Shown: one piece after another, positions 1 to 11,070 of the stretch
Numbering within the stretch: the first letter of the stretch is position 1
How the letters are laid out: every line of letters starts with the position of its first letter
Assembly (NCBI GenBank): GCA_951406725.2
Contig: OX597814.1
Coordinates: forward strand, 60,760,001 to 60,824,000
Source: Octopus vulgaris
Lineage: Eukaryota
Direction: 5' to 3'
Length of the DNA: 64,000 bases
The notes under the pieces: generated by a model
Database searches by the model: none
Told to the model about the DNA's origin: nothing
The model's input: only the letters and a program-made list of their open reading frames with translations
Position numbers and translations under genes: made by a program

Positions 1-5
1 TCTAA

Positions 6-7
<2 letters not shown>

Positions 8-60
<53 letters not shown>
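8..60. repeat. (GT)n microsatellite
   Basis: Pure tg run at the window start; it produces the spurious ORF 11..193. Confidence 0.97.
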
Positions 61-3056
61 ATACATGCATGCATGTATGTGGGTATGTAACAGACATTCC
101 AAGATATATACTCTAATATTGATTTGTAACATAGATACAGGACAGGTGAAATACAGTCAGTCATATAGACCCCAGTACTTGAACTCAGAATAAAAGAAGA
201 CATCTAAATTCTACATGATGTTTACTCAGTTTATCTATCTACTGCTTGTGTCAATCCAATGTTTTACTCTTGGTCAAATTTGTACCATCTTTTAAAAAAA
301 CATCAGCTGAAAACAACTAAAAACTTTCTCACCCTGAAAAAGACACTGGATTTGATAGTGTCCTTGCCAAGTCAAGTGATCAAGGATTGTAAAATTTGCA
401 AAATAAAATAAAAGGAATGAATATTAGTTATAATTTTTTTTTTCTTTTTCTTTTTTCAACATTGACAAATTTTCATTCTGATGCTGATGATAAACACTGT
501 CCACACACAAAGAAAGAAAGACATTTGCACTGAATTTAGCATAAAGCTAATACATATTAGAATATGCATAAACAGAAATTTTAATCAATTCCCTGTAGAG
601 AAAAAAATCTATCAGAAAGCAGTTTGAAAATGATTCCTTGGTTCAATATAACCAATCAATCACTCAGTAAAATTATTATTCCAGCAATCTCTACTGATCT
701 TTGCCAATAGTTATTTGATTTGAATCTCACATTTTTCAGGAAGGTGAATACAAAAATGATCAATCAGTAAGATAAGCTATTAAGATTTTTAATCTTATCA
801 GGAATAACAAGGGTTGTTATAGTCAGTGTTTCATTCATGTTTCTGCAGCATCAGCATTTTTGAATAATGACCCATCTGAAACTTTCTTTGGTTATATTGT
901 ATAAAACTGCTTGCTTCAAAAAATTCATTTCCAATTAAAATTTTCCATTTTAATTTTATGGGAGAATCGTAAGTTAATTTATGCTCCATACATCAGCTTT
1001 ATAATGAAAAGGTTATGTATTTTTCTAAATCCTGCTAAATTCTTCATTAGTTTCAGAGCAACTGAAATATATATTTGATGTATTTCATTCAAAATATTGC
1101 CATGAAAGGGTTAAGTAGAAGAGACAAAAGTTTCACTATAGACTAGAAACTATTTTATTTAAGGCCAGTAACTTTAAACAGAAGTCCAGGCTACCCATTT
1201 CTCCAACAGCTAGGGAGACTACTGTACATATACCCTTAACATTAATATTGCCTATAAAGAACTTCTCCACAATATTCATGTTAATAACAATGGAAATATC
1301 ATCATAATATAGTGGCATATGTATTGTTAATGATTGTACGAGCAATATAAACATGACCTGCATATGACACTACTCCCTCCTTAACATGAAAACTGCTAAG
1401 CTATAAGCTAATACAAAAAAAGACAGTTTTTTATCAGAAGACATACTGAGCTTCTCATGCTACCTGAAGAAGGGAGTTTTTTTTTTATCCTGAAATATTG
1501 GAATATTAAAGCAGAATAGTAGACATTTCTACATCTGTTATTTATTGGTAACACCATATTTTATTCTGTTTTATTCCTCACTTGCATTGCAATAAGGTTT
1601 TATTAAAACTTACCATTTTGCTCACACATTGCAATGCTACAAAAGAATAACACATGAATATGAATAATAACTCCATCAGGACTGACAAGGATTGTAATTT
1701 AAAATATGATAAAAAAAAAATACAAGTAATTGTAGAACACCCAATAGTTGCCCTTTGAATGGCTGCTTCTTGAGATATACTGCCATTTACAGACTCACTG
1801 CACATAATGGACACCAAAATTTAACCAAAATATATATTAAATCTTCCACTGAATTTAAGAGATATTATTTACCTCACCTTAGTTCATTTCGTTCTGCAAA
1901 ATGTAAATCATCTACCACATTAACAAACTATATACACACTGTCTCAAGGACAATAACATCTCTTGTAATGTTACTTGATTTATTATTAAAACTTGGAGGC
2001 CTTACAAAGATGGTCCCATTCTATGTGATCTCTGAAGCAAAGAATCTATTGAAATATTAAGAGAGAATAGTAACCGTCTTCTGAAGTGATGAAAAACACA
2101 ACTGCTTTTTGCTGACATTGATTTTTTTAAAAACATGCTTCCTTATTTGTATTAGATGATAGTTTACTTTTACTTCATTATAATAGATATTTACATTTCT
2201 TGGGCTTAAATCTTTAATTATACAACTTACGATTATATAAAGTTATACTTACTGCATCTTATATATTTCTAACGTTATAATAATAATAATAATGAAATTA
2301 TTGTATACAGTGCTCAGGTGCACCTTATTTTTCACGCATTTTTTATTTCCTTGACACTTTCTCCTTCATCATTTCTCTATGATATTCATCCCTACCATAC
2401 ATCCTTATAGTATGACTTATGATACGCCTAACTGTATTGCCATACTGGCATCTGAATAGCTGTTTATCAACTATAGATGTTCTTCCTATCTCTCTCATTT
2501 CTTGTCTTGCTTCATTTTTTTCTTTCATTTTTTCATTCTTCTATATATTTTTCCCTTACTCTCTTGTTCATTTTTCCTAATATGAGCTTGCTTTTATTTC
2601 TAAACCTTTATCAAGTTGCCTATGTACCTACCTTTTCTCCCTTTTTTTATGTAAGGTTTAATATATAGCATCTGCAAATACTAGAAATATGTTTCTTCAG
2701 ATGAAAGGATCAAATTAATTTCATATTTATATGTTAACATCAATTTATTAGATACCTATGTGTGCATAATGTACATTATTGCATCAATTTGTCACTGAAT
2801 CCCTGAAACGGCTGTAAAAGATTATCATGAATTTTCTTCTGTCTTCTCAATTGTATTTTTGTTCATGTAATCTCTGAATATCTATATATTTGTGAAGGGT
2901 AACCATGGACTATCTTCATTCTTTCTGTTTAATTATATTTACTTTTGTGTAAATTATTTACAAATGATTTAATTCCATAAACAACTGCTTGACCATTTTA
3001 TTTTTTTAAATTTATTTACTTATACATGTGTGTACATGCGTGTGTGTGTATGTGTG

Positions 3057-3295
3057 TAGGGTAATTGATAGGCAACACCCTATTTTAAAACACTTGTAAA
3101 TTATTTATTAATTGTAATTTTTACATAAAAATGGATATCAGAGAACAACTTTTAGTATGAGGTTTTATTTAAAATTCAATATTGGGTCCAGATGTTGCCA
3201 CCAGCTTCTTGAGTCACCCAGGAATTATAATTAATTACAATTGATAAATAATTTATAAGCATTTTAAAACAGGGAGTTACTTTTCAATCACCTTG
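3057..3295. mobile_element. Tc1/mariner-type MITE with ~60-bp imperfect TIRs
   Basis: Left end tagggtaattgataggcaacaccctattttaaaacacttgtaaattatttattaattgtaatt is an imperfect reverse complement of right end aattacaattgataaataatttataagcattttaaaacagggagttacttttcaatcaccttg. TA follows the right end; no ORF. Confidence 0.75.
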
Positions 3296-3795
3296 TATAT
3301 ATCTCATGGGCTTCCTTCAGATTGCATCAACCAAATTCACTCACACGACTATCATCATCCCTAGAGTATAACATAAGACACTTGCTTAAGGTCCACACAG
3401 TAGAACTGAACCCAAAAGCATGTCTTTGGGATTTGATCTTCTTCACTACACATCTATATGGGTGTGCATGCACACACACACACTCACACACATTTATATA
3501 TACAATAAAATATTATCATCGCTTTTGTATTTTTAAAATCCAGTGTTCCATGCTCGAATGGGTCAGCAGGAATTTGTCAAGGGAGATTTTCTATGGCCAG
3601 ATGCTCTTACAGTCACTAAACCTCACTTGTTTACTAGCAAGGTACTATTTCCCTGTAACTGTACATGTTTTTACAGAAAACTACAAAAAAAAAAGGACAG
3701 CATTTGCATAACAATGACATTCATTTAAAACTATTACATTATGCTAAGGCAAGGTGTGTGTGTGGGGGGTGTATAGGTGCAGGCATGACATAGGC

Positions 3796-4141
3796 ACAGG
3801 CATGGCTGTGGGATAAGAAGCTTACTTCCCAACCACATGGTTCCAGGTTGAGTCCCATTGAGTGGCACCTTGAGCAAGCGTCTTCTACTAGAGCTTCGGG
3901 TTAACCAGAGCCTTGTGAGTTGATTTAGTTAACAGAAACTGAAAGAAGACTGTCATATCTTTGTGTCTGTGTCTGTTCCCCTTCACTGCTTGACAACTGG
4001 TGTTGGTGTGTTTACGTCACAGTAACTTAGCAGTTCAGCAAAATAAATCGATAGAATAAGTACTATGCTTAAAATAGTAAGTCCTGAGGCCGATTTGTTC
4101 AACTAAAACCCTTCAATGTGGTGCTCCAGCATGGCCACAGT
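3796..4141 (+). mobile_element. tRNA-derived SINE, family A
   Basis: Head ggctgtgggataagaagcttacttcccaaccacatggttccaggttgagtccc (A/B-box-like) and body ggcaccttgagcaagcgtcttctacta...gatagaataagtact...ccagcatggccacag. The same sequence recurs many times in the window. Confidence 0.85.
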
Positions 4142-4293
4142 AGGTATTTCTTTTATTCTTTTACTCTTTACTTGTTTCAGTCATTTGACTGCAGCCATGC
4201 TGGAGCACCGCCTTTAGTCGAACAAATGAACCCCCTGACTTATTCTTTGTACTAAAATGAATTATTTTGCCTCCTACATACATATATATAAAA

Positions 4294-4351
<58 letters not shown>

Positions 4352-4551
4352 ATTTCATGATGGTCATTTCATTTTCTTTTTTTGCCAATAAAAAATAAAT
4401 AAATAAAATGAGCAGCCAGGAATACAACACGATTTCACATCAGGAACCTTGCAAAACAAACTGATAAACATGTATATATATACATATATATAACATGTAT
4501 ATGTATGTGTGTGTGTGTGTGTGTATGTATGCATATATATATATATATATA

Positions 4552-4692
4552 TTAGGTTGTCCCAAAAGTTCGTAAACACTTGCGAAAATTGAATTTTTAC
4601 TCGCCAAGTACTAACAAAAACAACAAAAATTATTCCTCAAAATAAAGACCATTATTTTCCAAGACTTTCTACGAACTTTTGGGACAACCTTA
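4552..4692. mobile_element. Mariner-type MITE (~140 bp) within (TA)n
   Basis: TIRs ttaggttgtcccaaaagttcgta / tacgaacttttgggacaacctta, flanked by TA runs. Confidence 0.85.
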
Positions 4693-4699
4693 TATAATA

Positions 4700-4753
<54 letters not shown>

Positions 4754-5206
4754 TATATATATATATATATATATAAAACATGTATATGTATGTGTGTGTG
4801 TGTGCATGTACACGTGTGTGTGTATGTATATATATTCTTATTAATATTTGACACAACATAGTGAATCAAAGGCAGAGAGTTTCATGCGTTTGCACTTATC
4901 AAGCTAGTTACAAGTCAATAAGTGCCAATGCAGAAAACTCTTCATCCTTGAGTCACTCTGTTGCTTCTGCTAAATATTAATCAAAATATACATATACTAA
5001 TATTTTGAGTTCCATTTTTCATGTATGCATCACCATACCTACACACACACACACATATATATATATTATGGAAAATAAGGGGATTTAGTTAATAGGTGAT
5101 CTAAATGATTAGGTACGCTAGGTAAGTGTTGTAACGGATTACTAGGGCTCCAAGGTTATAGCCGAGATGGTAGTTATGGAGTCATTGCAGATTTCCCATA
5201 TCGTAG

Positions 5207-5424
5207 ATATATAATTGTTAAAGAGGACAACAAACTTTAAGGCAAGGCAAATATCTTAAGTCATATACATTATTATTATTGGAAAAAAAATTCAAAGTCT
5301 TACAGCTGTTTCTGGGATATCCCAGAAACAGCCATATGACTTTGATTTTTTTTTTTTTTTTCAAATATGACTTGAGGTATTTGCCTTGCCTTAACGTTTA
5401 TTGTCCTCTTTAACAATTATATAT
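5207..5424. repeat. Long fold-back inverted repeat centred on gggat|atccc (5318/5319)
   Basis: atataattgttaaagaggacaacaaactttaaggcaaggcaaatatcttaagtcatat pairs with atatgacttgaggtatttgccttgccttaacgtttattgtcctctttaacaattatat. The inner arm tcaaagtcttacagctgtttctggg pairs with cccagaaacagccatatgactttga. Confidence 0.9.
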
Positions 5425-7156
5425 ATATATATATATTATGGTGCAGATATGACTGTGTGGTTAATAAGTTCACTTATCAGACATGTGGTTTTAGGTCTAG
5501 TCCTACTGCATGGCACCTTCAGCATCTACTACAGTAGAACTGGGCTGGCCAAAGCTTTGTCAGTTGATTTGATAGAAGGAAATTGAAAGAAACCCATCAT
5601 GTAAATGAGTGTGTGTGTGAGACATAGACATTAAATGACACACACACATAGTGATAGCAATGAAACTCGGTAATGAATCAATGAATAGAAATATAGTTAC
5701 TGTAACTACAATATCAGTCTAAAGTATAGTCTAGCTTGTTCTAGAATGAATCCTGCTTGCATTAGTTGCTGTTAGTGACACATATTTAACTACACCACCA
5801 ACACCTTCCCCCTGTACACATATATGCATAGACACATGCTGCTACATGCATGCACATAAGTACAAAAGAACCTGTAATAATATGTGAATACATATGACAT
5901 AGCACATGAACAAAGACCACATATGTACACAGCACAGTCACACATGCATATCACAAGTACACACACAAACAAAATAAATATAATTATGCACACACACATA
6001 CACACAACACATAGTCACATATGTGCATGCTCACACAATCAATCATAAGACAGACATAGGAATATAAACACAAATGAAGAGAAGTACACAAAATCATAGA
6101 TAATATATACAGAGAATCCACATGCATCATATATATACATAATATACATGCCACTCAAAACAGGAAAATGTAGACATGCATGTGTATACAAACACACACA
6201 CACTCTTACATTAACACATATGTTTGACCCGGTATTGTTTGTGTTTCCGTGTTGAAGTTAAGCCCACCTCTGACCTTGTACTGAAATCTTCTACGTTCCC
6301 CATGCCAACTATTATCCATTAAGATGTTATATCTGGTTTGGCATGGATTTTACCCAGTTAACGCATTCAACATACTCCTACATACTGGACCGTCTGAAAT
6401 TGAAGTCAAACTTTTGAGTGTACTTCGACCCGTTGAGTGATGTTTGTTTATTTCTCTCCCCTTAATGCCACCCTCTGTAAACAATTGACCAGTGAGTCCA
6501 ATCTCAGCAAAATCCAAAGAAAAGTGTTAAGGTTATGATATAAAATAGAATCCGTGTGACCATTTACATAAAAGTTACAGCCAAAAATAAAATCCCTATG
6601 GGAATTTGCATGCAAAAAGCCTATTGATTTTAAAGAACCACTGCTCAGGCGCAATTATCAATTTTTTGTCAATGCCATATACTGACATCAACTCACTGCC
6701 ACAAGTTCACTCACTCATCGGTTTTCATCAAAATCAGATGAAAAATGCAAGAGCTGCAGGAAAAACAACATCGTTATGGGAATTTCCATTCAAATGCCTG
6801 ATTGAGCTCACAAAAATTAATGCCAACTAAGCATTATCAAGTTTTCAAAAAATTATGGCCTTGTTTGAACTTCAGAGCATGTGATCTACCTATGTGCCAA
6901 AAATCATTAAAATTGATTGGATGGTGCAGGAGGAGTTGGAGTAACCGCAAACACACACACAGACGACACCATTACACATTTATGTATATAGATGTAGACA
7001 TATATATATATATGCATATATGTGTGTGTATATATGTGTGTGTGTGTGTATGTACATTATTGAAACAGATATGTACATACACACACATATATGTAAACTT
7101 GTGCGTGTATACATATATATATATATATTATTGATCAATCTATCAATCTAGCTATA

Positions 7157-7190
<34 letters not shown>

Positions 7191-7373
7191 CATATATATA
7201 CATATATACACAAGAGATAAGGAATGGAGAAGATAAGATCCGGGCTACATGTGTTTTATATATTTAGTATGGATTGCTTGAAGTTAACCTTTCTTCGTAC
7301 GTTGCTCTTGATCCTTCGATCTTATATTTATTTATTTATATATACCCCATGTCGAATTTATCGATTTTTCAGA

Positions 7374-7404
<31 letters not shown>

Positions 7405-7938
7405 GGTAGGAAAACAGAACACAGAAAACGCACAGACAAACTGCCGTTATATAGAGAGAGATATCTCTTATTATAAAAGGCAGATTTTATCTGCCTCCCT
7501 TTGTCAGTTATAGAAATCTACAATATAGGATTTCTTCAATTACAATTTACTTAGCATTTTTAAGAGTAGAATGCATCGGGTTTTGCCAGGTCCACTTTTT
7601 AAAATTTAAACTCCAATTAAGCAAAATTTACAGAAAACTCACATTCTGGTGTGTATGTCAAATGCTTTTCTTAATGTGTTTTACACCACACGCACACACA
7701 CAGTGTGCAAGGAATAAAATGAAAGTAATTCACCTTTTGTAGTGAGTGACTCTTTCAGTCTGCCACTTCCTCTTTACACACATAGACACGCAAATATATA
7801 AATAAAATTGTAAGCTAACGTGCGTGTGTGTGAGTGTGTGTGTGCGTGTGTGTGAAGGTGCGTGTGTGTGTGTGCGTGCGTGCGTGTGCGTGAGTGTGTG
7901 ACAGGAAAGTATTTTAGGACGAATATAAGACCTATATC

Positions 7939-8195
7939 GGCGATGTTTCGCTTGTCGTAGCACAGGTTTCCGTCGATTTCCGTAAAAAAATTATTTTTTT
8001 ACATAAGTAATGAGAGCAAAAGAGACTAAGAGAAAGCGATTGTATGACGAGGGAAGTTCTTTTGAAGTTACCATACACTCGGTTTATGTGTGTGTGTGTA
8101 TGTATGTATGTATGTATGTATGTATGGCCGATTCAGTGTTTACATTTTTTATGGAAATCGACGGAAACGTGTGCTACGACAAGCGAAACATCGCC
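7939..8195. repeat. ~50-bp inverted repeat pair inside the Helitron (7939-7989 / 8145-8195)
   Basis: ggcgatgtttcgcttgtcgtagcacaggtttccgtcgatttccgtaaaaaa versus the reverse complement of ttttttatggaaatcgacggaaacgtgtgctacgacaagcgaaacatcgcc; about 2 mismatches. Confidence 0.92.
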
Positions 8196-8204
8196 TCTAT
8201 ATCC

Positions 8205-8852
8205 AAGTAGCACAGAGATCGCCCAAAAGTGTATATAGATATATAAATGTATTTATATATTCATCTATGCACACATGTATGTATAACGTGTGTGTATATA
8301 TTTCCATAGAGGTAACCATTCACTCCATACAAAGTTTTTTAGCACGAAAATAAGATCTAAAGTTATCTCTAAGAAACAGAAAGATCGCCCAAAAGTGTAT
8401 ATAGATATTTAAATGTATTTATATATTCATCTATACACAGATGTATGTATAATGTGTGTGTGTATATATTTCCATACACGTAACCATTCACTCCGCACAA
8501 AGTTTTTTAGGACGAAAATAAGATCTAAAGTTATCTCTAAGTAGCACAGAGATCGCCCAAAAGTGTATATAGATATATAAATGTATTTATTTATTCATCT
8601 ATGCACACATGTATGTATAACGTGTGTGTATATATTTCCATAGAGGTAACCATTCACTCCATACAAAGTTTTTTAGCACGAAAATAAGATCTAAAGTTAT
8701 CTCTAAGAAACAGAAAGATCGCCCAAAAGTGTATATAGATATTTAAATGTATTTATATATTCATCTATACACACTTGTATGTATAATGTGCGTGTATATA
8801 TTTCCATAGAGGTAACCATTCAATCCATACAAAGTTTTTTAGGACGAAAATA
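8205..8852. repeat. Tandem array of ~166-168-bp units in A-B-A-B order
   Basis: Units start at 8205, 8371, 8539 and 8705. A units carry aagtagcacagagatc and tagcacgaaaa; B units carry aagaaacagaaagatc and taggacgaaaa. The last unit is truncated. Confidence 0.95.
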
Positions 8853-9000
8853 TTTATATATAAAAGAAAGGTTGTGTGTCTGTCTACTCCGATTTAGATT
8901 CCTAACTACTCCCACATTTTGCGATGCAGTTTAACCAAAACCGGGTATCTTATAGTCGTGATTCATATCGAGCCCTTCTGGGTATTAGCACGCGTCTACG

Positions 9001-9510
9001 CGTCAAACTTCACACCAATATGCGTGCTCATATGCGACGTAATATCACATCAGCAGCATTTCCTCACACCCTCCTTGCACTTGGCGAAGGCAAAATACCA
9101 GGGGATGAAAATGGTAATATTGCCATCGATTCCATTTGTACCATTGTTAAGACGCCTTCTGATCTCAGAGATGCAGTGTTCCCAGATCTACAAGCTAATT
9201 ATCAGAATATGGATTGGATTGGCAAAAAGGCTATACTGGCCCCGAGGAATAAAACTGTTCACCATATTAATGATGAAATGTTAAAACTCATTCCTGGGGA
9301 AGTCTATGTATATCAGTCTATCGATACAACTCCTGACCCAGAGGACGTCATCAACTATCCAATAGAGGTACTCAATTCCTTTGAGCACCCCGGACTACCA
9401 CCACACTTTCTCAAACTTAAAGTTGGTGCCCCTATAATGCTCATCAGAAATTTGGTTCCCCCAAAACAATGCAATGGCACACGTTTGATCGCTAAGTCCT
9501 TATCTCCCAC
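9001..9510 (+). pseudogene. PIF1-family (Helitron Rep/Hel) helicase internal fragment
   Basis: ORF 8924..9541 contains KLHTNMR, KAILAPRNKTVHHIN and YPIEVLNSFEHPGLPPHFLKLKVGAPIMLIRNL..CNGTRL, hallmark PIF1/Helitron helicase motifs. It lacks Walker A/B and the C-terminal motifs. Confidence 0.9.
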
Positions 9511-9617
9511 CGTAAGCTTATATCAATATTTGCCTGAATAATCATCAAAATTCAGTGCAATCATTAACAGTACTTTCAAGCAATTCAGCCCCGAGCAACG
9601 CCGGGCAATTCTGCTAG

Positions 9618-9697
<80 letters not shown>

Positions 9698-9883
9698 AGA
9701 TCCATAAGATATGTAGTAATTAAACAATTGTTTACAAATATGACTTCCAAAACCTTAGGTACCCCTAACTACACCAGGAGACTATATTTGTAGATAACAT
9801 TCAGCTCTGTTTACGATATTAGAGAACTCTTCTTTCATCCTTTCACTTCTGGCATCATATGGAAACTTTCTATACTACCTGCA

Positions 9884-9939
<56 letters not shown>

Positions 9940-10117
9940 TATATATATATATTCAGCAGATGAGCCCCAGAGATTCTCAATATAGAAGACACTTAGTATT
10001 GCTCAAATGGTTTATACTTAGACTCCAACATCTTTATAGGGGATCAACTCCATGGGGTAAAGAATAGTTATAAGAGGGATTGAGTTGAGCAGATATGGAG
10101 GCAATCATGAGGATAAT

Positions 10118-10375
10118 CATCATCATCATCATCGTTTAACGTCTGCTTTCTATGCTGGCATGGGTTGGACGGATTAACTGAGGTCTGGTAAGCCAGAAGG
10201 CTGCTCCAGGTTCCAATCTGATCTGGCAAAGTTTCTACAGCTGTATACCTTCCTAATGCAAACCACTCTCAGAGTGTAGTGGGTGCTTTTTACATGCCAC
10301 CAGCACGAGGGCCAGTCAGGCAGTACTGGCATTGACCATGCTTGAATGGCACTTTTTACGTGCCACCAGCACATC
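10118..10375 (-). mobile_element. SINE family B ((GAT)n-tailed)
   Basis: catcatcatcgtttaacgtctgctttctatgctggcatgggttggacgg...gagtgtagtgggtgctttttacatgccaccagcac. Recurs at about 10485, 14550, 17185, 33555, 34580, 41762, 46413, 47505, 53130, 54460, 59900 and 62378. Confidence 0.85.
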
Positions 10376-10645
10376 AGATATATGAAATATAACAGTTTGG
10401 GTATGAAATATAAAATATGTATACATGTATACATGAATGCAAAATGAGAGAGATCAAAAAGTGTTGTCTATATGTATATATCATATCATCATCATTGCTT
10501 AACATTCGCCTTCCATGCCGGCATGGGTTGGACAGTTTGACAGGAGCCAGCCAGATAGAAGACTACCCCAAGCTACTGTGTCTATCTTGGCATGGTTTCT
10601 ACTGTTGGATGACCTTTCTAGCACAGAATGGACTGAGTGCTTTAT

Positions 10646-10705
<60 letters not shown>

Positions 10706-10709
<4 letters not shown>

Positions 10710-11070
10710 TTTTACTTGTTTCAGTCATTTGACTGTGGCCATGCTGGAGCACTATCTTAAAGGGTTTTCTTAGTCAAAGAAATCGACCCCAGGACTTATT
10801 CTTTATAAGCCTAGTACTTATTCTATCTGCCCCTTTTGCTAAACCACTAAGTTATGGGGAGGTAAGCATACAAACATCAGTTGTCAAGCAATGATGGTGG
10901 GGACAGACACAAAGATATATATATAAAATGGGCTTCTTCAGTTTCTTTCAACCGAATCCACTCACAAGTCTATGGTAGAAGGCTATAGTAGAAGACACTT
11001 GCCCAAAGTACCATGCAATGGGACTGAACCCAGAACCATGTGATTGGGAAGCAAACTTCTTACCCCACAG
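10706..11070 (-). mobile_element. tRNA-derived SINE, family A
   Basis: Reverse-complement copy: ttttacttgtttcagtcatttgactgtggccatgctggagcac...gggactgaacccagaaccatgtgattgggaagcaaacttcttacc. Confidence 0.85.

Larger units (their letters stand above)
7464..9617 (+). mobile_element. Composite non-autonomous Helitron
   Basis: 5' end A|TCTCTTATTATAAAAGG; 3' GC hairpin cccgagcaacgccggg followed by CTAG|T. Inserted at an A/T dinucleotide with no TSD. Contains a PIF1-like helicase fragment. The 3' end is more certain than the 5' end. Confidence 0.75.

Noticed and set aside
6230-6950. Possible decayed retroelement coding remnants (similar patches at 19400-20150, 27030-27210 and 62900-63280)
   Set aside because: They look TE-derived, but no motif is clear enough to assign a class or boundaries by eye.
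8205-8852. Regular repeat array considered as CRISPR-like
   Set aside because: The units are contiguous ~167-bp tandem copies with no unique spacers, in a eukaryotic context with no cas genes.
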